Below the pieces are notes generated by a model. That model searched no databases. It was not told the origin of the DNA and was given only the letters and a program-made list of their open reading frames with translations. 64,000 bases of DNA, from the IMG/VR virus record IMGVR_UViG_3300005259_000074, positions 128,001 through 192,000 of that record; one strand, written 5' to 3'. The first letter of the stretch is position 1. The number at the start of each line of letters is the position of its first letter. Source of the stretch: a virus. Lineage: Duplodnaviria; Caudoviricetes. Below, one piece after another: positions 46,115 to 53,165 of this stretch. The position numbers were made by a program, and so were the translations under genes.

Positions 46115-46305
46115 ATAAATGCCTCGACACATTAGCCGCTATGCTACTAGTGCCAACAAATCCACTGAAAAGCATGGTTGTGTTGCAACACAGTTCTCTC
46201 CTAGAAGAGAACGCTCGTCAGTTTCATTGAGGTGTCGAAACGCGGTTGCAATCCGCTTTACGACCTATTGCACAAGTTGGGATTTGAACCCAACTCTTCG
46301 AGGGT
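46115..46305 (-). ncRNA. Circularly permuted tRNA-like module P1
   Basis: 3' half 46305-46269, 115-nt structured insert, 5' half from 46153; TCGAG/CTCGA and GCACTAG/CTTGTGC pairings. Confidence 0.75.
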
Positions 46306-46381
46306 TGGTGGTGTCGGCGGGCAATGATCCCACAACTTTCCGGGTAAGAGCCGGATACTCTGCCAATTGAGTTACGACACC
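46306..46381 (-). tRNA. tRNA-Lys(CTT)
   Basis: TCCGG-CT-CTT-AC-CCGGA; CCA; T-loop ATCATTG. Confidence 0.9.
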
Positions 46382-46388
46382 TTGAATC

Positions 46389-46512
46389 TGGTAACGGACC
46401 TACATTTAGTAGTGCCTCATGGGCTATGTTGCCCAGCGTGCTGCCCCGCCAAATGTTTCTATCCGGGGCGAGGTGACGCAGTGATGGTTCTGCGCCTTTA
46501 CACCATTCCGTA
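46389..46512 (-). ncRNA. 124-nt CCA-ended multi-hairpin RNA (tRNA-like)
   Basis: TACGGA/TCCGTT-A-CCA closing stem enclosing four hairpins. Confidence 0.5.
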
Positions 46513-46520
46513 ATAAACTG

Positions 46521-46588
46521 TAGCGGAGCTGGATTCGATACCAGATCACCAGGTTATGAGCCTAGTATGCTACTTACACCACCCCGCA
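46521..46588 (-). tRNA. Initiator-like tRNA-Met(CAT) with minimal D-loop
   Basis: TGCGGGG/CTCCGCT acceptor with U1:U72 mismatch; CT-CAT-AA loop; no CCA. Confidence 0.75.
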
Positions 46589-46942
46589 TGTTGGTGTCTC
46601 TAGGACACCATAAAGAGTCATCAGTTGACGCTCTCCGAGCGATCATCAGAGGTGGAGAAGTTTCTTAGACAGAGATGAATCTTGACGGGACCATTTGAGT
46701 TGGGTAAAAACCCACGTGAGGTCCTTCGTGGCACATGTCTGTCAGACGCCGGCTGCTCAGCAACCGACATCGCTCCTCCACCTCGGATGACCACTGGAAA
46801 GCGATCACCTGAGAATAATCCTCATTTTCAAAGAACGGTGCATGAGCTTTAGTAGCACGCATATCTCTCAGTCTGTTCAGCTAGCGACTTGCGCCTCTAG
46901 CATCTGAAAGCTCTCGCGACTCATGCTGAGTCCATTTTGTCT
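46589..46942 (-). ncRNA. About 350-nt structured non-coding RNA candidate
   Basis: GAGGTGGAGGAG/CTTCTCCACCTC long-range helix with flanking helices; 12-bp G-U-rich hairpin. Confidence 0.6.
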
Positions 46943-47017
46943 TGGTGCGCTCGGAGAATTTTGAAATCTCGACTCTCTGGTTAAAAGCCAGATACTCTGC
47001 CTCTGAGTTACGAGCGC
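46943..47017 (-). tRNA. tRNA-Lys(TTT)
   Basis: TCTGG-CT-TTT-AA-CCAGA; CCA. Confidence 0.9.
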
Positions 47018-47055
47018 ATATTTCTAATCAGCACCTGAGACTTTCACATCTCATT

Positions 47056-47132
47056 TGGTGGGAGAACCGGGTTTCGATTCCGGATATCCTGCTCTTCAGG
47101 CAGGAGCTCTTGACCGTTTGAGCTATTCTCCC
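47056..47132 (-). tRNA. tRNA-Phe(GAA)
   Basis: CCTGC-CT-GAA-GA-GCAGG; CCA. Confidence 0.9.
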
Positions 47133-47141
47133 ATAAACTTC

Positions 47142-47216
47142 TGGTATCCCGTGTCGGTATCGATCCGACTTCCCCTGGATGAAGGCCAGGCATCCTAGCC
47201 AGTAGACGAACGGGAC
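47142..47216 (-). tRNA. tRNA-Glu(TTC)
   Basis: CCTGG-CC-TTC-AT-CCAGG; CCA. Confidence 0.9.
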
Positions 47217-47221
47217 AAATG

Positions 47222-47276
47222 TGAATGAGATGTCTCGCGACATACCAGTTGCAAGCAACTGTCTCACTCATATTCA
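47222..47276 (-). ncRNA. Small three-way-junction RNA candidate
   Basis: TGAGA/TCTCA closing stem, CAGTTGC/GCAACTG hairpin and TGTC-GCGA-GACA GNRA hairpin. Confidence 0.4.
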
Positions 47277-47379
47277 ATGATCACCGGCTTCCGATCTCTC
47301 GTCCGCCTAATCCAATTATACACCACGTGGTGAAAATTGTAATAGGACTTTCGAAAAATCTTCGACCTTTCTTTCGAAC

Positions 47380-47454
47380 TGGAGCTGGTTCCCGGTGACG
47401 ATCCGAGGTCTGTGGGATACGAATCCACTGCTCTACCATTTGAGCTAAACCAGC
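47380..47454 (-). tRNA. tRNA-Thr(CGT)
   Basis: GTGGA-TT-CGT-AT-CCCAC; CCA. Confidence 0.9.
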
Positions 47455-47625
47455 ATCATCTTCTAAAACTAAGAAGCCCTGCTTTTCTGCAGGGCCCGTT
47501 CTAATCTTCATCTTTGATTTCGAACAGACCCTATGACGTGACTCCTTCAGCCGCATCAAACATTGCGGTTTCATTTTTCTTATCTGTCATCACGTTCATC
47601 ATACGAATCATTCCTCTTCACAGTC

Positions 47626-47633
47626 TATTTATA
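47626..47633 (-). promoter_or_regulatory. T4-type late promoter TATAAATA heading the tRNA array
   Basis: Exact consensus on the minus strand, about 170 nt upstream of the first tRNA. Confidence 0.6.
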
Positions 47634-47786
47634 CTGTGTGCTATGAAGTTTTTGAACTGTCTGCCGAGAAAATGTGAAAATTCTTTTACCCCTATATAAG
47701 GTATAAATGAAGAAATGAAGTTATCGCAGGATGTTGTTCATTACCAACGAGTTATAAGAAAAATGAAAGAAAATGATGAATTCTGC

Positions 47787-47819
47787 TGTACATCCTCCCT
47801 TATGGCGTTATATTAGACT
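47787..47819 (+). promoter_or_regulatory. Early promoter TGTACA-N16-TATATT
   Basis: 21-nt exact repeat with 32756-32776. Confidence 0.7.
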
Positions 47820-47863
47820 ACATAGGGAAACCAACAACGGCAACCCACAAATGGAGAACAGCG

Positions 47864-48022
47864 ATGAAAAAGAATCCGATTGCAAAGAAGCCTGTTAAAC
47901 AGAAGACACCTTCTCTTTCAAAGTTACAGAAGATCAATGACAAGCGCATACACGATGCGTGCGAGATGGATCCCGCTCTATGTGATGATGCATTCTGGGA
48001 TAATCTCTGCAAGACATTATAA
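47864..48022 (+). CDS. 52-aa protein, weakly BrnA-N-terminus-like (not in the ORF track)
   Basis: GGAG SD; KLQKINDKRIHDACEMDPALCDDAFW; first gene after the promoter. Confidence 0.55.
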   Translation: MKKNPIAKKPVKQKTPSLSKLQKINDKRIHDACEMDPALCDDAFWDNLCKTL

Positions 48023-48038
48023 TAAGTGAGGAAACTCC

Positions 48039-48461
48039 ATGAAGACGACGGTCGTCAAATACGGCCTCCAAGACATAGAGACCGGCAAGATAGTGGGAGT
48101 CACTGAACGTACCGCGTCGACTCCCGAGGAGGGGAACAGCATCGAGTACCAGCTTGACACTCACGGAGGAGAGCGAGAGTGGCTAGTCGACTCAGCGGAG
48201 CACGCTGAGTGGGTGCGTCTCAACGACACCGCGTATTACAATTCAGGTTACGACACTCCTCAGCACATGGGATTGCGCCCCGAGCAGTTGAGAGTCATCA
48301 GAGTCAAGAAGGTTGTCGAGGTCACACCCGTCGAGGTGAAGATACCGACGAAGCTCGAACTCTACCGTAAGGTGTACGAAGAGGGCGTGACGATAAGGCC
48401 GGGCGGCTTCCTCATAGCGCCGACGGGCTGGGTCACCTCGCTATGTTGGAAGCTAACATAG
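48039..48461 (+). CDS. Hypothetical protein
   Basis: 140-aa ORF with GAGGA SD. Confidence 0.6.
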   Translation: MKTTVVKYGLQDIETGKIVGVTERTASTPEEGNSIEYQLDTHGGEREWLVDSAEHAEWVRLNDTAYYNSGYDTPQHMGLRPEQLRVIRVKKVVEVTPVEVKIPTKLELYRKVYEEGVTIRPGGFLIAPTGWVTSLCWKLT

Positions 48462-48531
48462 ACGATTACGAGCCGTTGTACTGGGACTATGTGCAGTACT
48501 ATAGAGACGTCGAAAAGAAGAGGATCTGAAC

Positions 48532-48852
48532 ATGCTGAAGAAACTCAGTAGAAAGAAGATTACATCTGGTTCGATCAGCGAAGTTGCAGATATCTTGACT
48601 GAATTCGCTGGAAAATATCCGAAATTCCAGAAAGAGTTAGACGATTTCATCTGGTCAAGGGGATCTTACCAGACACCTGATGTCGCAGATGACGATCCTG
48701 CTCTGATAGATGAGACCAAGAAGACCAACAGAGAAACTATAGTCAGGCGCATTTCAGAACTGACGTCGGCAGAAGACAGCGAGAGATTCCGCACTGCGCT
48801 AGCGAAATACATCGCGAATAAGAAATCACACGAAGGACTAGAGGAAAGTTGA
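48532..48852 (+). CDS. Hypothetical protein, tandem paralogue A
   Basis: KYPKFQKELDDF...SEL TSAEDSERFR matches the next gene. Confidence 0.65.
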   Translation: MLKKLSRKKITSGSISEVADILTEFAGKYPKFQKELDDFIWSRGSYQTPDVADDDPALIDETKKTNRETIVRRISELTSAEDSERFRTALAKYIANKKSHEGLEES

Positions 48853-48853
48853 T

Positions 48854-49219
48854 ATGTTGGAAGAAAAGTGGGTTGAATTCCTTTACAAGTTGTACGAGAA
48901 ATATCCACAACTATCAAAAGATCTCCACGAGTTTGTTGTGCCGAAGGGACATTTTGATGATCGGATAGCGGCTGCTGGTCAAGATCTCGATAAAATGACA
49001 GCCGCAAAGAAAGCGAACCAAGAGGATTTCGTCAATTTTCTCGCATCAAAGACGTCACAGGATGAAGCGGAAGAATTCAGGAGGATCTTAGAAGAATGCC
49101 GCGCAGCTAAGAAAGTCCAGAAGGAACTCTTTGAGAAAAAGTGGGAAGATGAAAAGGAAAAGAGAAGCCACTGCTACAAGGCTGATGACTACATGAAAAC
49201 GATAGGACGAGATGAATAA
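48854..49219 (+). CDS. Hypothetical protein, tandem paralogue B
   Basis: KYPQLSKDLHEF...ASKTSQDEAEEFR. Confidence 0.65.
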   Translation: MLEEKWVEFLYKLYEKYPQLSKDLHEFVVPKGHFDDRIAAAGQDLDKMTAAKKANQEDFVNFLASKTSQDEAEEFRRILEECRAAKKVQKELFEKKWEDEKEKRSHCYKADDYMKTIGRDE

Positions 49220-49430
49220 CCGATGAGCAATCACCCAAGACGACGAGAACGGTGTCGCGTCATTATGCGACAACTGGCCTATATTGGGAGAAAGATCAGA
49301 TAAAAAGTGCTACTATTTTGAAGAGTCCGGTGATTTAATTCACTGTGAATACGAAGGGAAAGGATGCTCTTGCCTCCATGAGAAAGCGCTGAAAGAAGCG
49401 CTTGCGATGCACAGAATGAACGTGATATGA
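49212..49430 (+). pseudogene. Cys-rich C-terminal-motif-group ORF interrupted by in-frame TGA at codon 5
   Basis: MNNR*AITQDDENGVASLCDNW...CSCLHEKALKEALAMHRMNVI. Confidence 0.5.
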
Positions 49431-49448
49431 ACTGCGAAAGAACTTCAA

Positions 49449-49649
49449 ATGATCATCACGACTGAAGAAGAGTACGAAGCTGCATTGAAGAGAGTCGAGA
49501 GCCTGTGGGTTGCCGAAGATGGCTCCTCTGAGGCCGACGAACTACACTCTCTCGTCCTCGCGATAGAGGAGTGGGATGACGAACACTATCCCATAGATCC
49601 ACCTACAGCCGAAGCGGCGATTGAGTTCAGGAGAGAACAAGAGAAGTGA
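49449..49649 (+). CDS. HigA-like antitoxin N-terminal domain only (no HTH)
   Basis: ITTEEEYEAALKRVESLW...EADEL..LVLAIEEWDDEHYPIDPP..EAAIEFRREQ. Confidence 0.8.
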   Translation: MIITTEEEYEAALKRVESLWVAEDGSSEADELHSLVLAIEEWDDEHYPIDPPTAEAAIEFRREQEK

Positions 49650-49945
49650 ACTTGGAAGTGGTTTCTTCTCCAGTTGAATATTCGAAGCCGTCGTGGAATG
49701 ACACGGTTATCCGGGATTCTAACGGTATGTACTGGATCATCGATAGTACAGCCCCGGGGAATTCTTTTTGTAAGCAGCGCCAATGTAAGGATGATGGGAC
49801 GGAATTTGATAAGTCGACTATCGCTCGGACGGGGTTTGCGCGCCCGACGCACGAACTTTTAGCTGATCTGGGAAGAGGAAGAATTATGATTTGTGAGAAG
49901 TTGACGGCGGAACTCAGATTGCTGAAGAAGATAGATGGAGTCTGA
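49646..49945 (+). CDS. Small protein, C-terminal-motif group (ends KIDGV)
   Basis: GTGA overlap; shared C-terminus. Confidence 0.6.
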   Translation: MNLEVVSSPVEYSKPSWNDTVIRDSNGMYWIIDSTAPGNSFCKQRQCKDDGTEFDKSTIARTGFARPTHELLADLGRGRIMICEKLTAELRLLKKIDGV

Positions 49946-49948
49946 TAG

Positions 49949-50380
49949 ATGCGTATGAAATTGAGATTCTTACGCGAGTGGCAGAGCATCAATGACGCAA
50001 AAAGAAGTCTCTTAAATCAGTTACGACATAACTGGGAACCCTCTAAATGGCCAGAAGGAGTCGAGGAAGCCGTCCTCGAGAAGCTCAAGAAGTTTCCAAA
50101 CTGCGACGGTTGGATCACCATGTATTTCCTCTCGACGGCGTTCTTCGTTGTATGCGCTCTGATATTCTCAGTGCCTTTTCTCATTGGCGTCCCAGTGCGG
50201 TCAGGAGCGGATCGCATGACAGTTGTCTTCTTCATTGTAACGTTGACGACTATATCAATCTTCATCGTCAGCTCTATATTCATGATCGTGAAGAACACCC
50301 GGGCTGGCCAACAGATGTTGAATCAAGCACGCGAAAATCTACAAGACGGATTGTTAGATCATAAATTAGAGGAACTATGA
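49949..50380 (+). CDS. Membrane protein, C-terminal-motif group (ends KLEEL)
   Basis: Two hydrophobic segments. Confidence 0.65.
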   Translation: MRMKLRFLREWQSINDAKRSLLNQLRHNWEPSKWPEGVEEAVLEKLKKFPNCDGWITMYFLSTAFFVVCALIFSVPFLIGVPVRSGADRMTVVFFIVTLTTISIFIVSSIFMIVKNTRAGQQMLNQARENLQDGLLDHKLEEL

Positions 50381-50670
50381 ACAACAAAGTCTTCAGAGGC
50401 GTTAAGACCGAGATGCTAGAAAAGAAATTTCATGCCGAACTGAAGAAGATGAATATAGAAGAAGAATGCATATGTGAGATAGTATTCACAGATATGAAAG
50501 ACCCTCGCTACATATTCATGACAGAATGTTGTGGTTATAGAAACAACAATTTCAGTGGACAGTGTATGTATGTCATCGATGATAGGCTTTCGATGAGGAT
50601 ATGCAATCATCCCAAGCGTGAAAAATTCATGCAAGAGACTTGTCTCTTAGTTGCGATGGAGAGGATATGA
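50377..50670 (+). CDS. Small Cys-rich protein, C-terminal-motif group (ends AMERI)
   Basis: Seven Cys. Confidence 0.65.
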   Translation: MNNKVFRGVKTEMLEKKFHAELKKMNIEEECICEIVFTDMKDPRYIFMTECCGYRNNNFSGQCMYVIDDRLSMRICNHPKREKFMQETCLLVAMERI

Positions 50671-50960
50671 ATCATTTTAAATATCCCTGCGGTGTAACAT
50701 TCATAGAAAAAGCGGCGATGAATTCGCGGTGTTCTTTTTCATGTCCTCATGTTGCGTGTGAGAAATATCCTCGTCATAATGAATGTAATTCAAAGGCGTG
50801 GTTAAATTGGATCATGACATCAAGGTTAGAAGAAGAACTTCCAGGAGCCGACTATTTCATCGGCGTAGATAAGTGCGGACATCCGTTAAACGAGAAAGTG
50901 AAAAGACATTCTCTACTTCTGTATGAGAATCTGGTGAAGAATACTGCGAGACAGAAATGA
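50667..50960 (+). CDS. Small Cys-rich hypothetical protein
   Basis: ATG at 50667 (ATGA overlap); lacks the C-terminal motif. Confidence 0.55.
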   Translation: MNHFKYPCGVTFIEKAAMNSRCSFSCPHVACEKYPRHNECNSKAWLNWIMTSRLEEELPGADYFIGVDKCGHPLNEKVKRHSLLLYENLVKNTARQK

Positions 50961-51205
50961 AGAATGCTGTAAGACATTATGAGACACACTCAGTATCATG
51001 CAAGTCTAGTGTTGACTGTTTCGTGTGCAATTATAATGTCATTGGAGAGTGTCTCTATAGAAAAGAAGATAGTAAACACAGATGTCAGTATGTTGGAAAG
51101 TGGTTCTTCAACAGAGGAGAGTGTTACAACAAGAGTGCAATAAATGAGGCTTTTAAAGAGAAAGCCACTGAGGTAAAAGTGTTGAGACAGATGGAGAAAA
51201 TCTGA
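50957..51205 (+). CDS. Small Cys-rich protein, C-terminal-motif group (ends QMEKI)
   Basis: Six Cys. Confidence 0.65.
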   Translation: MKNAVRHYETHSVSCKSSVDCFVCNYNVIGECLYRKEDSKHRCQYVGKWFFNRGECYNKSAINEAFKEKATEVKVLRQMEKI

Positions 51206-51206
51206 T

Positions 51207-51458
51207 ATGTTTAGAGGTGTGATAAGTGAAGACATCAACGGCGGGAGGGAAGTCCTCTGCGACGGAGAAGCTTTCACCGAAGATGATCCTCGCTACTTCA
51301 TGTCTCAAGAACAGTGCGGCTACTTTGAGGAGAACCGTGAAGGTGATTGTTTCCACAGGTACAGGAAGGACCCAGGTGATTGGTGGACGTGCATCCACCC
51401 TCTCCACCGCTCGCTCGCTGAGGATACTCTGATCGAGATACGACTGGAGGGGATATAG
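51207..51458 (+). CDS. Small Cys-rich protein, C-terminal-motif group (ends RLEGI)
   Basis: Clear paralogue of the next gene (V.CD..AF..DDPR). Confidence 0.7.
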   Translation: MFRGVISEDINGGREVLCDGEAFTEDDPRYFMSQEQCGYFEENREGDCFHRYRKDPGDWWTCIHPLHRSLAEDTLIEIRLEGI

Positions 51459-51748
51459 TGTTTAAAGGCGTCATAGATCTGAGCATCAATAGTGAGAGGA
51501 AAGTATTCTGTGATAGCAATGCATTCTCTGGAGATGACCCTCGTTCTAAGTATCCCGAATCTTCGACTCTGTGCAGCCACTATAACGCGGGACCCGGGTT
51601 TGGCATTTCTTCTAAAGGATCTTGGACATGCATTCATCGAATCCAACGCTGCGATAAAGGGTGGGGCATGTGCGATCACCCGGATGCTAAAGATCTTGCA
51701 CTGACTACAGAAGAAGCTATACTAGAAGATAAACTGGAGAAGATATAG
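51458..51748 (+). CDS. Small Cys-rich protein, C-terminal-motif group (ends KLEKI)
   Basis: Paralogue of the previous gene. Confidence 0.7.
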   Translation: MFKGVIDLSINSERKVFCDSNAFSGDDPRSKYPESSTLCSHYNAGPGFGISSKGSWTCIHRIQRCDKGWGMCDHPDAKDLALTTEEAILEDKLEKI

Positions 51749-52068
51749 TGTTCAAAGGGACTCTCGATCTCGACTACACTCACCTCAGCAGTAAAGAAAT
51801 AGATGAAATAACTTCGTTGGCGTCGCCAGTCTTGTGCGACAGGTATTTGTTTGTTGGGGTTGACCTTAGGTCACAACTGATGGACCATGAGTGCGAGTGT
51901 TATGAATCAATGATGTCTCCTCAAGGATCAGTAAGTTGTCGTCATTTAAAGAAAATTGAATCTAAAATAACAGGCCCGTGGCGAACGTGCACTCGACACG
52001 ATGCACGACAGCTAGCTAAACATCAAGACGACGAGTGGAAAATCTTACTGAAATTGGAGAACATATGA
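51748..52068 (+). CDS. Small Cys-rich protein, C-terminal-motif group (ends KLENI)
   Basis: MFKG start; W.TC.RH..A..LA segment shared with neighbours. Confidence 0.7.
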   Translation: MFKGTLDLDYTHLSSKEIDEITSLASPVLCDRYLFVGVDLRSQLMDHECECYESMMSPQGSVSCRHLKKIESKITGPWRTCTRHDARQLAKHQDDEWKILLKLENI

Positions 52069-52343
52069 AACCTCCTTATGTTCCGATGTTAGAAGTTGAC
52101 ACTATCGTCGATGTCGGTTATTCACTCAGAAGATCGGGAGGATATTTCATGGTGACGAGTATAATAGGAAGTCACTATGAATTCAGGCGGTGCACTAAGT
52201 CCGGCAACAGATTTTTCAAGTATCTGATGGAACACGAATGTGAAGTAGTCGACCGCTTGATCGTCGACGGAGACAATCTATTGCACGTGATGGAAGAAGA
52301 GACGAACGAGTACAGACTCAACAAGAGGCTCCAATCGCTGTGA
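52065..52343 (+). CDS. Small protein, C-terminal-motif group (ends RLQSL)
   Basis: ATG at 52065. Confidence 0.6.
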   Translation: MKPPYVPMLEVDTIVDVGYSLRRSGGYFMVTSIIGSHYEFRRCTKSGNRFFKYLMEHECEVVDRLIVDGDNLLHVMEEETNEYRLNKRLQSL

Positions 52344-52630
52344 AGATAGAACACAACATGGTGGTGAAGTGCGTCAGAGGAGGGGGCGGCCAGAGCGAAT
52401 GGAAGAACTGGGGCACTGCACTGTATGTAGTGAAATTGACGAAAGAGAAAGGACACTGCTTTCTCGAGAAATGTGAGAGTAAGTTTAAGAAAAATTTCAA
52501 GATAAAAAGTTGTCGAAGTTATAATCTCAAGGTGAAAACTGTAGAGAAGTTCATAACCGAAGGTTCTTTCATTGTAGAAGAGAAGCTGTCAGCTGACTAC
52601 AAAATCTTCTTAGAACTGGAGAAGTTGTGA
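52340..52630 (+). CDS. Small protein, C-terminal-motif group (ends ELEKL)
   Basis: GTGA overlaps. Confidence 0.6.
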   Translation: MKIEHNMVVKCVRGGGGQSEWKNWGTALYVVKLTKEKGHCFLEKCESKFKKNFKIKSCRSYNLKVKTVEKFITEGSFIVEEKLSADYKIFLELEKL

Positions 52631-53073
52631 CTGTATTTGAACACAACAAAGAAGCAAAGAGGGTTAGAGATAGAGCTATCACACTCATGAAAGAATGTGA
52701 AGAAGCTTGGGAGGATAATCTCTTGTCAGCGCAAATAGCCATGTACATCTTAAACTATCTGTTAAAATACCTCAAACAAGAATCGGCTCTTGTCGCTGAA
52801 GTCAAAGACTGCATTATCATGAGCGCGATATTCACCGTGCAGATACTCAACTTATTGACGATCATCTATCCTAGTTCATATGATAGTGTTTCCTTTTACA
52901 TTTTTAACACGTTGCAAGTAGTATTGTTGATAATCTTGATGAAGTATTCTACAAAATACAGTCAAACACTGCTCGTGTTGAAGACTGTGACATCTGAGAA
53001 TGATGACAAACTGAACGAAATCACAAGCAGTATGAGAGACATAATAGCAGAAAATAAAATAGAGAGAATATGA
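52627..53073 (+). CDS. Membrane protein, C-terminal-motif group (ends KIERI)
   Basis: Hydrophobic segments. Confidence 0.6.
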   Translation: MTVFEHNKEAKRVRDRAITLMKECEEAWEDNLLSAQIAMYILNYLLKYLKQESALVAEVKDCIIMSAIFTVQILNLLTIIYPSSYDSVSFYIFNTLQVVLLIILMKYSTKYSQTLLVLKTVTSENDDKLNEITSSMRDIIAENKIERI

Positions 53074-53165
53074 ACTCAATGAATGAAAACATATTACAAA
53101 TACAGGAGACGTATGATATAATATAATACTTGTGAATTGAACTATGAAATAAAAAATCAGGAGAG

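Noticed and set aside
45846-46305. Ordinary intron-containing or nested linear tRNAs
   Set aside because: Each 5' half fails to pair with any downstream 3' half in the acceptor or anticodon stem; only the permuted pairing works
46081-46942. tmRNA (one- or two-piece)
   Set aside because: The Ala-type acceptor has no T-arm or linked tag reading frame, and no tmRNA-like ends bound the 350-nt RNA
43748-47574. ORF-track calls across the tRNA array (43748-44035, 44498-44899, 46119-46370, 47044-47277, 47281-47574)
   Set aside because: They overlap well-formed tRNAs or structured RNAs. The MKIRTG segment in 47281-47574 resembles the GFVSNSS family start but lacks the motif and runs into tRNA-Thr
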